Below, one piece after another: positions 52,330-64,000 of a stretch of DNA of 64,000 nucleotides (positions within the stretch are counted from its first letter, which is position 1; the number at the start of each line of letters is the position of its first letter). Location: contig CM126214.1 of NCBI GenBank assembly GCA_052327205.1, positions 170,252,001-170,316,000 on the forward strand, written 5' to 3'. Source of the DNA: Somniosus microcephalus (lineage: Eukaryota). Position numbers and translations under genes: made by a program. The notes beneath the pieces were generated by a model. The model was given only the letters and a program-made list of their open reading frames with translations. It was not told the DNA's origin and did not search any database.

Positions 52330-52955
52330 GATGGATGGAGTATAAAAACAGGGAAGTCTTGCTGCAGTTGTACAGGGTATTGGTGAGGCCACACCTGGAA
52401 TACTGCGTGCAGTTTTGGTTTCTATATTTAAGAAAGGATATACTTGCTCTCGAGGCGGTTCAGAGAAGGTTCACTCGGTTGATTCCAGAGATGAGGGGGT
52501 TGACTTATGAGGAAAGGTTGAATAGGTTGGGACTCTATTCATTGGAGTTCAGAAGAATGAGAGGCGATCTTATCGAAACATATAAGATTGTGAGGGGGCT
52601 TGATCGGGTGGATGTGGTGAGGATGTTTCCATTGATGGGTGAGACTAGAACTAGGGGGCATAATCTTAGAATAAGGGGCTGCCCTTTCAAAACTGAGATG
52701 AGGAGAAACTTCTTCACTCAGAGGGTAGTATATCTATGGAATTTGCTACTCCAGAGAGCTGTGGAAGCTGCAACATTAAATCAATTTAAAATGGAGATAG
52801 ACATTGTCCTAGCTGATAAGGGAATCAGGGGTTACGGGGAGAGGGCAGGGAAGTGGACATGAGTCTAGATTCGGATCAGCCATGATCCTATTGAATGGCG
52901 GAGCAGGCCCGAGGGGCTGTATGGCCTACTCCTGCTCCTATTTCTTATGTTCTTA
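52330..52955 (+). mobile_element. Young 5'-truncated CR1 (intact ORF2 C-terminus plus 3'UTR)
   Basis: Stop-free MEYKNREVLLQLYRVLVRPHLEYCVQFW...GYGERAGKWT*, hairpin GGGGCTGTATGGCCTACTCC, tail TTCTTATGTTCTTA. Confidence 0.93.
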
Positions 52956-53082
52956 ATACGAAGATAAGCATGAAGTTCCGCTGGTAGCCTGACCAACATT
53001 TCTCACTCAACCAATACCAGCTCTTAACAGGTGTACTGGGCATGTTTTATAATAGTGGATGGGCCAGTTGCTGAACTTAACC

Positions 53083-53525
53083 CAGGAAAGGAAAGGACAT
53101 GCATTTAGATAGCGCATTTCGCGACCTCAGGACGTTGCAAAGCGAATTTACAGCCAATTAACTAATTTTTGAAGTGTAGTCACTGTTGTAATGTAGAGAA
53201 ACAAAACAGCCGATTTGCACACCGCAAGCTCCCACAAACAGCAATGAGATATATGACCTGATAATCTGTTATAGTGCTGCTGGTTGAGGGACAAATATTG
53301 GCCAGGACACTGGGAGAATTCCCCTGTTCTTCGTCGAATAGCGACACAGGATCTTTTACGTCCACTTGAGGGGACAGATGGGGCCTCCTTTTAATGCCTC
53401 ATTCGAAAGATGGCACCTCCAACAGGGCAGCCCTTCTATAGTAGTGTAATGAAGTATCAGCCTGGATTATGTGCTCAAGTGTCTGGAATGGGGCGAGAGT
53501 GCGACCACTGAGCCAATGCTGGCAC
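53083..53525 (-). mobile_element. Deu-domain SINE (SacSINE1-like), more diverged copy
   Basis: Deu core GGATCTTTTACGTCCACTTGAG...GAAAGATGGCACCTCC and L2-type tail. Confidence 0.85.
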
Positions 53526-53934
53526 TGCAAGTACTTAACAAGAAAGGTGTTCTAGCTGTCTGATCCAGCGAGAACTTCCAGCTCAACTGAGCTTGTAAGT
53601 ACCTACCTGTGTGTAGAAGATGGGTTTTCAATGCAGTAATGCTCCTTTCCAGATTTTTAGGATTGGTGAGCTTGGGTTTATTGCAGATTTCCCAAGTAGA
53701 TTGGTTGATCTATTTTTTGATGGCTCTCATCTGTTTGAGAAATGGATCCACAAAGTTTTAGGAATACAACAGACTATTCCAGTTCTGTTTCTCAAGGATC
53801 ACCCAACCCAGAAAGCCAGTGGTACATTGGACGCAAACAGAAAAGCTTCTGTGGCTGACTGTTATGCCAGTGCTAAACTGGATAACTGGTAGGAGTACAG
53901 ACTCTTGTTTTTCCTTTCTGTACTAGTTCTTGGT

Positions 53935-54396
53935 AAGAAAGAAAGACTTGCATTAATATAGCACCTTTCACGACCACTGAACATTTCAAAGCGCTTTACA
54001 GCCAATAAAGTACTTTTGAAGTGGAGTCATTGTTGTAATGTGGGAAATGCGGCAGCCAATTTGCGCACAGCAAGATCCCACAAACAGCAATGTGATAATG
54101 ACCAGATAATTTGTTTTTGTTATTTGAGTGATCAATATTGGCCAGGTCACCGGGGATAACTCCCCTGCTCCTCTTTGAAATAGTGCCATGGGATCTTTTA
54201 CGTCCACCTGAGAGAGCAGACAGGGCCTCGGTTTAACGTCTCATCCGAAAGACGGCACCTCCGACAGTGCAGCACTCCCTCAGCACTGCACTGGAGTGTC
54301 AGCCTAGCTTTATGTGCTCAAGTCCCTGGAGTGGGACTTGAACCCACAACCTTCTAACTCAAAGGCGAGTGTGCTACCAACTGAGCCACAGCTGAC
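53935..54396 (-). mobile_element. Full-length Deu-domain SINE (SacSINE1-like)
   Basis: Minus strand: A box TGGCTCAGTTGG, B box GGTTCAAGTCC, Deu core GCCGTCTTTCGGATGAGACGTTAAACCGAGGCCCTGTCTGCTCTCTCAGGTGGACGTAAAAGATCCCATGGCACTATTTC, (TTTC)n tail. Confidence 0.92.
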
Positions 54397-56066
54397 AATG
54401 TGTGTAAAGTGGTAAGCACTTAGCCATATGCAAATTATTCAGGAATGATCTTCCTGTGATCGAATCACTTATTCGCAATGAGTATGATAACTGAAGCAAA
54501 AAAAGACTATTATAGGGGGGGGAAAAAGAGCTGCACTTTGGCATGATGTGTTGTTGAGTACTGACATAGGCTGTCTATTACAGTTTTTTGGAAGAGGTTT
54601 GCTTTCTGTTTCCAGGACCAAAAGAAGCAAAATTCCACTCTGTATGACACCTTCTGGACGTATATTCAGGACTTATTTTATGTCTTGTACTGAGGTGAAA
54701 TGTAACAATGACCGCTTTTTTGTTTACGATTAGGAGATGGCTTAGCAGGGCAACATCTTCCATTGTTTAGATTTGTGAACAGGGCCTGAAGCACCCAGAT
54801 CTCTTCAGATACCTGAATATTTAATGCGTGCGTTCAGCTCTGAAACTCAAATTGAACCTCTGGCATCTAGTTGCTTCCCTGGACAAAGTTGTCTTCAGTG
54901 GGCACTGCAAGTCATGGGCAATCACCAGTACTTGCTGTTATACTGTCAATAGGGAGAAACCCTTGCCCAAAATTCTTAGCTAGCTGATAATGAAATTTTA
55001 TTTTGTGATAGAAATCACTGTTTCAGCATTCTTTGCTGCCTCAAATAAAACCAAGATGGAGCATTTACTGTATTCCATTATTCAGACAATTGCTGATTAC
55101 ATTGTTAGCTTGTAAACAAATCTAACATTTTCTGTGAACCCAGTGAATTGTTGCTATGAAAAGGCATTGGATAAATATGTTAGTGAAAATTGATTATAGC
55201 AGTTCGTCCAAAGAGCAAGGAAGGAGCCATATTTAAAGTTATTAGAGAATAACTCTAGTCAAAATATTGGCTCACGTTAAGTGTGTTGGCTTAGAAGATA
55301 TTTCCACATAGTTGTAACAGAGTACAAACAGTTTGACTGTGGCCTTAATGGTGGCTTATAGTTAGACGGGTCCTTCTTCCTTTGCTTAGGGAAATTTATG
55401 TAGGATATATGGAGGAGAATGAATAGCCAGGAAAGATGGCTTGGTCATCAAAGAGTAAAAGTCCTTTGTCCTACCACATTTGTGGACAAATTCCTAAATC
55501 TAAATATAACAGTACCACTACACCTTCTAAATTATTTATCTTTTTCCAATAAAAGCTTTAAAAAAAAAAATATGGAAGTTGACTATGGTCATTCTCCATG
55601 ATCTTGAGTCACCCATGCGACCCAGTGCTTAGCAGTAGATTTAGAGTGCAATTATAGTACAACTGCATTGTTGATGCAAAGTGGCCATGTGATGTAAATG
55701 CAAACTAAATCCAGAAGCAGGGTCCAAGCTGACTGGGAGTGAAGCAGAGTGAGATTCCTTGGAGGAGGAGAGGGTCTTATTTACTTGAGTCAGGTCAGAC
55801 CTTAACTCCAGATTGACCCTGCACAAGTTTAGTGTCAGTATGAAGCAGAAACTGCTGTGTAACAACCTCTAAATTTGTAGTGTGAATGCATCCTTTCTCT
55901 TTTTTTATTGATTTAATCTATTTTCCGTTGCACAAACTACTTTGTTTCAAGCATTGTTTTTAAAATTGTCAGGCTTGATTCCGTGTTTCACATGGGGATC
56001 AATAAATTATGATTGTTCGTGTTTTGGATTTAATTGACTTGATTTCTTTTAAAATTTTGCTGTCAG

Positions 56067-56102
56067 ATGGAACATGACGATGAGCCGAAAATTAGGCAAG
56101 AG
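56067..56102 (+). CDS. EPB41L1: EPB41L1 36-nt microexon (MEHDDEPKIRQE), probably alternatively spliced
   Basis: ttttgctgtcag|ATGGAA...CAAGAG|gtagtg; 12 codons, phase 0/0; position and length match the mammalian 4.1N segment PEQETTPRHKQE. Confidence 0.8.
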
Positions 56103-57042
56103 GTAGTGTACAGACCACTGTGGACTGGTTTTTACTGTAGTTTATGTGAAACATTTTCATACCTGTTTTAAAATATATCTCCAGTTAGAAGATAACCGGT
56201 TTCTATTTATTTTTGAATGGAGATTCACTCATCAAACTAAATATAGATATAACCTCAGTTAGATCCAACTCATATATCCTTCAAGATTTATCACCTACAA
56301 AATCCATTGAACTGTTGAATTATAATTCAAAACTGGAAATTCATGGGGTTTCAGAGATTAAAAGGCTGAATAATCTGTCTCATTGCCACACAGGAAAGTG
56401 GGTGATAATTTTCTGAATCTTAGTTTATTCATTGTTGTCAGTATACTACTTATACGCTAACCTACATTTCATGAGTGACTGCGATGCTGTCAAAATGCTA
56501 CAGAGACTTCACTCTGTGAAAGATAACTGATTCTTAACTATTAGCCACCTTTTCATGAAATCGTTTGATCACCAGATAAATTGCATTGCTGTATAGTACT
56601 CCATGCTTTTTACTTGCTTGCTGTGCACAGAATCCCTTGCCATTGATTTCTTTTTAGTGTTAATTTTCCATTTTGTGGACTGTATTTATCAACATTAGAG
56701 ACATGTCGTTTCCAGTTAGATGCAATGTCACTTCTACTTGATGCAGAAATTCACTCTAGAATGTGTAATCGTGTTTTCTTATCCATTGAGGAGGAGGAGG
56801 GGGGGGAGGAATAAAGTGTGAAAGTGCAAATGTAACTTAACACGAGGGAAGGTTGTTTTACAATGGGGGTTGGATCACATTGTCTTGAGTGGTGTCAGGG
56901 TGGCTGGAATTACTGCTGAAATGCATAATATTTGATGTAGGAACTGTTACCATCTCCATCAGAGACAAAACTGGTAACTGCTGAGTTCTGTGTTAAATAC
57001 AGCTTATTACTCACATTTGCACTGCAACTGCTTTAGATGTAA

Positions 57043-57570
57043 AAATAACAACAGAAAATGCTGGAAAATCTCAGCAGGTCAGACAACATCCGTGGAGAGA
57101 AATTTAAGTTGACGTTTCGACTAGGCACTTTGCAGCCTTCCGGACTCAATATCGAGTTCAACAATTTCAGATCATAACCTCGGCCCCTATTACTTTTTTA
57201 CTTATAATTTTTTCCACCCCTTTGTTTTGGGTCCTCCTCCCCCCCCCCCCCCCTTTTCCTTTTGTTTCTCTCTCTCTCACCTGGCAGCTGTCTCTTACCT
57301 GCCAGTACACTTCACACCTAATCTCAGCTGCTTTTTGTCTCCACGGGCCTATTACCATCTCGTCTGGCTTCGAATGCCTTTTATTGTCTCTTTTGTTTGA
57401 TCGCAGCCTTGCCTTCAATCTATTTTCTTTTCTTTCCAGTTTTGAAGAAGGGTTTCGACCCGAAACGTCAACTCAAATTTCTCTCCACAGATGTTGCCTG
57501 ACCTGCTGAGTTTTTCCAGCATTTTCTGTTGTTATTTCGGATTTCCAGCATCCGCAGTATTTTGCTATCG
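57043..57570 (+). mobile_element. Penelope-like element with inverted 5' pLTR, ORF C-terminus and 3' pLTR
   Basis: 57043-57119 is an inverted copy of 57461-57537; FRLGTLQPSGLNIEFNNFRS* at 57115-57177; 14-bp TSD TGCTTTAGAT(G/T)TAA at 57029-57042 and 57571-57584. Confidence 0.9.
57438..57473 (+). ncRNA. Minimal type I hammerhead ribozyme motif, sense to the EPB41L1 pre-mRNA, with one core substitution
   Basis: AGUU-UUGAAGA-A-GGGU(UUCG)ACCC-GAAAC-GUC-AACU; GUC cleavage triplet; first C of CUGANGA is U. Confidence 0.72.
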
Positions 57571-58149
57571 TGCTTTAGATTTAACACCGTTCCATAAACA
57601 GTGAAACTTTGAGCACTGTACCAAGGTACCTTTAACACTCATTAATACACAAGCACGATAAGGAGATTGAGGACAGCCTACCTAAGTTTGTCACGAAATT
57701 GACATGCATTGGAATGTCTACAAAGTAATTCTGGGAAAAGCACCATTTGACATATTTAGGGAGGATAAGGTTAGAAAGTATATTTTGTAATGAAATCAGA
57801 TCTCACACAATTAAACTGAATTACTTTTTATAATTGATGGAACATTCACTACAGGGAGAAAAAACTGATCATCAGTCCAGTCACCTGCCTAGGGCCCTAA
57901 AATGACAGGACAGTAGTGTTCCAACACCTAACTTTTGTCTGAAATTCTTGTCTCTGCTATTGTAGCGGAGTTGTCAATCCATTTATTTTAAACGGTTGAC
58001 ACCTTCACTAAAATCGTGTAGGGAAATTTCAGACAAATACGTTAAGAAATCGACATGGGTACATCTTCTTCCCTCTGGTTTAAACATCCCTGATGAACAA
58101 GGTGTTGTTACTTCTAACATAACATTCTCTCTCTTTCCAATTGTGCCAG

Positions 58150-58335
58150 TTCCTGGACAAATCGGAAGATGTACTATTGAAGCATCAGGCCAATATCAAT
58201 GAACTAAAACGGACTTTACAGGAATCTACTAGTATTAAGATAAGTCATGGTGACCGGGAAAAGAAATTAACTACTTCTCCAACTTCATCGAAACCTAAAG
58301 ACAAAGAGCAGGAGGAGCCTGAGAAGCTCAAAGAG
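58150..58335 (+). CDS. EPB41L1: EPB41L1 exon, spectrin-actin-binding (SAB) region ([26 protein letters not shown]...EKLKE), 186 nt
   Basis: ctctttccaattgtgccag|TTC...GAG|gtgggt; SAB motif LLKHQA.INELKR. Confidence 0.93.
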
Positions 58336-59371
58336 GTGGGTTTTGTTTATAAACACATTGTTGAAGTTGTAGGTGTGCTAGATCTGCCAACTTGGTTTTG
58401 GCTTTTGGCTATCCGTTTGTTTGTTAGTGTGTTGGTGGTGACTATTTTTCTAATTGCCGCTATGGTATAATTAGGACGGGTGTTATTTTAAATTGGATTG
58501 TACCACAGCTAATTGTATGCATCTTACGCCGAGTAAGGTTTCAACCTTCTACGTACTTGGTACAAAATAAAACAAGAGGAAGTTGTAACAGAGGCCTTGC
58601 AGAGTGAGCCACAGTCAGACTATTGAACATTCTTGGGAGACCGAGTTAGTATCATTTTAAAGCATTTTCTGCATACATTTTTTTTGATGCACTGTGATAT
58701 TCTGCCCTAAATAAAGAATAGTGGACCGAATAAAGTATGTAAGATTTGCAAATCTCTTCTAAAAGATGAACAGCAGTGTAGAACCTCCTTACTAGACTTT
58801 CCTCTACAGTAACAAAGCAATATCTTGCGTGGTATTTTAACAGTATTTCAGCATTTTCTTCAGCAGTGCCAATTAATATTTTTCACCACAGCACACCTTT
58901 GTGGTACATTCCAGCTAGGCACAATGTTTTTTTTTTAATAGTTTGTGCCATCTACTGTTAACCCAAGATGATTGCAGCTTTGATAACATACAGGTGTCAA
59001 TGTTATGGTTTTGATATTTTGTACATACTTAAAATTTAACCAAGAGGACAAGAAATCGACATAATACAGTACATTATTCCTTGTCATCTAGGTAATGCAG
59101 GTAAGTCAAGTAAGCCAGTGATGGAGGTCACTTTGAAAGATTTCCATTGTGCACCACACAGCGCCCCTTCCTGCATCATGTATATGAGCCCCATATGATA
59201 CATCTTCAGTTCTCTTTCTCCTGACAGCACTCAACTGTTTCATTCACATTGCTTCAGTGAATGAGAGGACTATTTTTTTCTCTCTCTCGTAATATTTTGT
59301 ACAGGCTATAGCCTCTGCCAGCCTTTGGCATAAGGTTATAAACAGGTCAATCATCACTCTGCAATCTAAAG

Positions 59372-59862
59372 GGGGCCGATTCTAACTTGTCGCCTTGTGT
59401 TAATCGGATGGTAACGGCTTCAAAATGGGGTCGGTAGCCTTGCCACCCCGTTAACACTAATGATGTAGCCGGCGCCATTTTGAAAGGGGCCAATGACTGG
59501 GCATCCAAAGCGCCTGCCTGTTTCAGCTGGTAGGTCCATATCAGTAGGCAAATCGGAGACCCCCAATTGGCATTTTAGTTCACAACTGGTCAGAGCATGC
59601 ACCGTGCACGCTCCAATCATTTCTACGGGTGATGGAGCCGGAGCGGCCCGGTCAAGGTAAGTTTGATATTTTGGTGGAGCCTGAAGGAGTTACCTCCCCC
59701 AACCCCACTCCTCCTGCACTTACCTTGATTGGCTGCATCACGAGGCCCATTCGGCACCTCGCAGCTCTCCATAAATTTGGGCGGCATCTCAAAATTGTGG
59801 TCACGTCTTTGTTGCGAGTACACGCTTTACCTGTTAGTTGCCCAAAAGTCAGAATCGACTCC
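59372..59862. mobile_element. PIF/Harbinger-like MITE
   Basis: TIR GGGGCCGATTCTAACTT ... AAGTCAGAATCGACTCC; TSD AAG on both sides. Confidence 0.82.
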
Positions 59863-61140
59863 AAGTGATGAAACTTTGGGAGAATTGCCTCTTGATAGTT
59901 AGAGAATTACAAGCAAAGAAGCAAGGTAGGTTACTAACTTGCTGTATTCTTTGTTCTGTCAATGCAGCTATGCTGTACACACCAGCTTCCCTTACACCTC
60001 CTATTTTGATGATTTTAGTGAAAATGGGATCTTGCATTTGGGTTTTCTGTATTATTGTTCTCTAACAAAACAAAATATTAGGTGTCTTTAATGTTAATGC
60101 TTTTGACCTGGTTGTTTTTTTTTTAAAGAAAAGCTTAAGGTGCCCAGCATCCTCAGTCAAAAACAAACTGAAGATAGACCACAATAGGCTTCTGTATACA
60201 TGACATAAAAAATGTCATACAGAAGGAGTCTCCATTAGTGGTCTGACTTATCCATGGTATCTGGAGAGTAAGTGAATTTGAAAAATTAACATGCAACTCT
60301 TTTGACACTGTCACATAAAGAATACTAAATATTGTGCAGTTACGGTAGCTAAAGGTCTGGTGTTGGTAAAGGTGATATGGCAGTCACTGGTCCATTGCTT
60401 GATTCTAGTGAATCATACAGATCCAAGGAAATATTTTAACTCATGATCTGCGATACAAGTAGAGCATGTTTCAGTGAAAGATGTTTTACAAAACTGACAC
60501 TTGTAACACTCTCCGAATGAGTATCATGGGTAAGGTTATCAGGTTTGACCTCTCTTATTCTACATTATTATTGCACATTGTCCTTATGTTGCACCATTAG
60601 GCTATTTTTGTATAAACTGCAACTTGCTAATAGATATTCTGTATGTTTGTAACTGGTACAAATTCAGCAATGTTGACGGTTAAACACAAAGGGGAAAAAA
60701 AGCACAAGCAGCATGTGTTTGTTTATTTGTTTATAATGTGTCTTTTCTTTCAAGATATCCTTTCCTTCTTTGGAGTCATTCAGTTGAGTTGAACAATGAG
60801 GCTTAATTTTCCCTTGCGTTTCTTCCTATAATGGTTTTGTTACTTTGTTATTCAAATGCCACAAGCTTGCTAAAGGCCAAAACCAAACATTAACACTAAC
60901 ATAATTATATTGCAATTGTAGCTTTGGCTTCCAGAGCACTGTTAGATCAGAGCAGTATGTATGAGAATCTTACAATTTTATGTTTAGTAGCTTGTTATCA
61001 AGGTTAACAACTTTTATAAACTGCATGTCAGTCAGTTTTCTAGGTTTTATTTGGTAACAGGATATTCCTGTACCTAACTACATTTCATTTACCTTTAACC
61101 TCATGAGAAACCATGCTGTCCTGGATGCTCCACACAAATG

Positions 61141-61851
61141 GGACTAGAAATTCAGCTCCTTTGCGTCTGCCGCCAGCGCCTCTGGGCGCTAACGGGGCAC
61201 AAAGGGCTTATTGCCCGGGGTGGCAGGGGGGCGCCTCCTGAGAATTTCGGTGGGGCATTGCTGAGGCGCTACCTGAAAGCACCGCGCCCCCATTGGTAGC
61301 ATCCTGCGCCGCCAGCGATTAGTGCCCCGGGCCGCCCTGCTGCATCCCCTTACCACCCCACGGCAGAAATTCGGCTGTTCCCCGCGAGGCTGCCGCGTGC
61401 GATGTCTGCGCCAGCCTCGCGGGTCGCGAACCGCACCAACCTCCGCTCGCGAGGCGGTGTTTAGAGGGGAGGTGCGGCCACGACCCTGGCCGACCTCCAG
61501 GTTGGCTCGCCGTGGTGTGGTTCCGGCTGCCATCACGCAGCCTGGCACCGCGTTACCACACCACCCTGGTGGCCTAGTGTGGGCCGTCGAAGGCCCTGCA
61601 GAGTGCGCAGCGGCCCTGCCCTTTAACTGAAGGGGAGGGGCGTTGAAACGAGGCAGCCTCTGCCGAGCGCAGCCGATTGTGCCCCAACATCGCCTTGGTT
61701 ACCGCCCCACCAGGAAGTGGAGCGCTCCACTTCCTGTGTGGGGCGATAAGCCGAATTTAACGGCCGGGGTGGTACTTCCACGCCGGGTGCTAAATGTTCA
61801 GCCTTAACTCGGTTATCGCCCCCAAATGGGGTGTCACTGAATTTCGTGCCC
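61141..61851. mobile_element. PIF/Harbinger-like MITE, very GC/CpG-rich, related to 5456-6967
   Basis: TIR GGACTAGAAATTCAG ... CTGAATTTCGTGCCC; subterminal CGCCCCCAAATGGGGTG matches CGCCCCAAACGGGGCG near 6935; flanks ATG/ATA. Confidence 0.78.
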
Positions 61852-63051
61852 ATATCCTTTATTGAATGTTAATAGAAAATAGAGCACTTCAGTATTATTA
61901 AAATAATACTATAATCTGTTGACTAGTTAGAAAGATTTCATCACGGTTTCCTCACTTTAAAAAATACTTAAAATCTGTGTTCATAGGTGAGAAATGAAAT
62001 GCTAAAGCATTAGCTGTACTGTACTTCAATCAATAAATGCATTCTAATAGTCATAGATGAAGCTGCATTGGAATTTATTGAATATGGAAAATATTTCAGA
62101 AGGGAGTTCCAGCTCAACCGCCAAGTGGCAAGTTTTGTGAGAGCTCTGTAGGTCAAGTTCCCTCTAATTATTTTCTATATGCAATGGTATTTGTTTACTG
62201 TTCTCTTTTGTGCTGGCTCTGTATTTAAAAACATACATAGTTTTTGACTGTGATGAAACTTTTGTGAGAATGTTTGAGGTGTGGCTTACTGTTGTCGACA
62301 GCAGATGGCTGCTCTGAAAATGTTGTAATTCGGAAGTGGTAAAGAAGCTAGATGCAAGACTCCTTCCGCGTTGCATTTCCTGCCATGCTGTGTAGAGCTG
62401 TTGTGCAGATGGAAGCTTTTCTGGTTTCACGGAGATCTGTGAGGTTTAGTGCAGGGCTAAGTTAGAATGTTCAAGGGAGCTATTTTTAGGTACTTGTTAA
62501 TGGATCAAGGGTCTGCTGGGAGCTTCAAGCAGTTTGAGGAGCAGACAGGTGTTAATTAAACTTGTGTTGGTCACTTGTATTGAGCTTTCAGTAGTTAATC
62601 TTTTTAGCTTTGAAATTCAACCCTTCCCTTCCCCCCCCCCCCATGAAGGTATTTAATAGCTTGAGGAAAGTGGTGTAAATCACTGCAATGAGTTGGTGCA
62701 TAACCATTCAAACGTACAAGAAGAAAATCTGTTTTCTTACTAAAATAACATAAGTTGAATAAAACACAAGTTATAAAAGCAACCACTAGATAGAAGAAAT
62801 TGTGCTAATTAGCTCTGCATCTTTTAAATTCCAGCATTGATTAAAATGGTTGTATATTGTGCTTTGTAACTGAGTGCAGTGTTTGGCTTCATGCAAGCAT
62901 GAATTATCAGCTTCGATATTCTTTATCTTAAAAACCTGACCAGTCTCTCTTACCACTAAAAATATAAAGTACGAGCAAGAAGCTAACCCATTTGTTATTT
63001 GTTTGTTGTGCAATATGTTCTGGTACATCAGCTAATTAACCTTTCTAACAG

Positions 63052-63159
63052 TCTGCGAGGGCTGAAGACAAGGTGAAGGAAGAGCCTGCTTCTCAAGTGG
63101 GTGCCATTGCCTTATCTCCGGAAACTTCAGCAAAGAAAAGTCTTGCATCTTCCCCTGAG
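63052..63159 (+). CDS. EPB41L1: EPB41L1 alternative exon (SARAEDKVKEEPASQVGAIALSPETSAKKSLASSPE), 108 nt
   Basis: ctttctaacag|TCT...CCTGAG|gttgac; phase 0/0; ends in ASSPE, which precedes GSEHWVFIER in long 4.1N isoforms as I recall them; donor is weak. Confidence 0.72.
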
Positions 63160-63676
63160 GTTGACCTTTTCAGTTATATGTTTGATCGCATTGAATTGTA
63201 ATTTAAACAAGCACAAATAAACTGATGATAATGATTAGTTTCAAATGGCAGAACTAACATCAGTGTGATGAAATTAGTTTTTTCAGCCAATTTGTTAATA
63301 TTTTCTAAAATAAATGTTTATCAAGGACAAATGTGAAACAGATAGTTAAATATAAAGATTTAAATATAGACTAGTGTAAGAAATGTTTTCTATTGTAATA
63401 TTTGTTAGCAATTAACCCATTTATACAGCTAATTTATTTCATCACTAAGCATTATTGTATGTTGAAGGACTTTAAACCATATTACTTTGTGTCCACATTT
63501 TAACGATAACTTTTCATATAGTTGCTAAAATGTATGTTGAGAGTTTTAGCTTCATCTAGTTAGAACAATTAATGCTTTACTATAAAGGTATCTAGATAAG
63601 TGAAATGCATGTCTGCTGCTATGTGCTTGTTCATGGAATACTATGATGTTGACGAGTTTCTATATTTGAAATGTAG

Positions 63677-64000
63677 GGCTCTGAGGAATGGGTTATAATA
63701 GAAAGACGAACTTCTAGGCTAGAAGAACTAGTTGTAGTTGATATGAAAAGTGACAGAAATGAATCCAAAGAAGAAGAAGCAGTTGAGGCTTCATCACGTG
63801 TTTGTGACAAAAGGCAAATTGTATTAGAACTATCTTCTCCTGAAATGGAGCTTATAAAAGAAGCATTTCACAAAGATGAGCCGTGTGAAGCAACCTCTCC
63901 AATGACTGAAGAAATTTGTGTTGCATCAGTTGTTCAAAGAGAAGACAATTCTGAAACTACTGGTTTAGAGGAAAAGACTCGGACAATAACTCCTCCATTG
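63677..64000 (+). CDS. EPB41L1: EPB41L1 large alternative exon, 5' part (GSEEWVIIERRTSRLEELVVVDMKS...RTITPPL), open to window end
   Basis: tttgaaatgtag|GGCTCTGAGGAATGG; 108 stop-free acidic codons; GSE.WV.IER motif. Confidence 0.82.

Noticed and set aside
54597-54694. Strong acceptor tttgctttctgtttccag at 54615 as a possible extra exon
   Set aside because: No frame-preserving donor, an in-frame stop after about 25 codons, and no similarity to 4.1N that I recognise

Overview
Eukaryotic genomic DNA, almost certainly from a cartilaginous fish (HE1 V-SINE, SacSINE1/Deu-domain SINEs and shark-type CR1 and Penelope repeats). The window lies inside one + strand gene, EPB41L1 (protein 4.1N). I can assemble 13 GT-AG coding exons in a continuous frame from 13618 to beyond 64000: FERM domain, FERM-adjacent region, a 36-nt microexon, the SAB exon, and the start of the large alternative 'GSE(H/E)WV.IER' exon. 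The first exons and the C-terminal-domain exons lie outside the window. The introns hold layered mobile DNA: CR1 and L2 LINE remnants, SINEs, two solo LTRs, a hAT MITE and about a dozen PIF/Harbinger-like MITEs. Several of those MITEs have 3-bp TSDs, and some carry paired inward-facing consensus splice donors. Four Penelope-like insertions have 13-15-bp TSDs, and each carries a minimal hammerhead-ribozyme motif. No prokaryotic-type system, CRISPR array or true tRNA/rRNA gene is present. Most ORFs in the supplied track are TE fragments or noise. Family assignments come from recalled consensus motifs, not from database searches.
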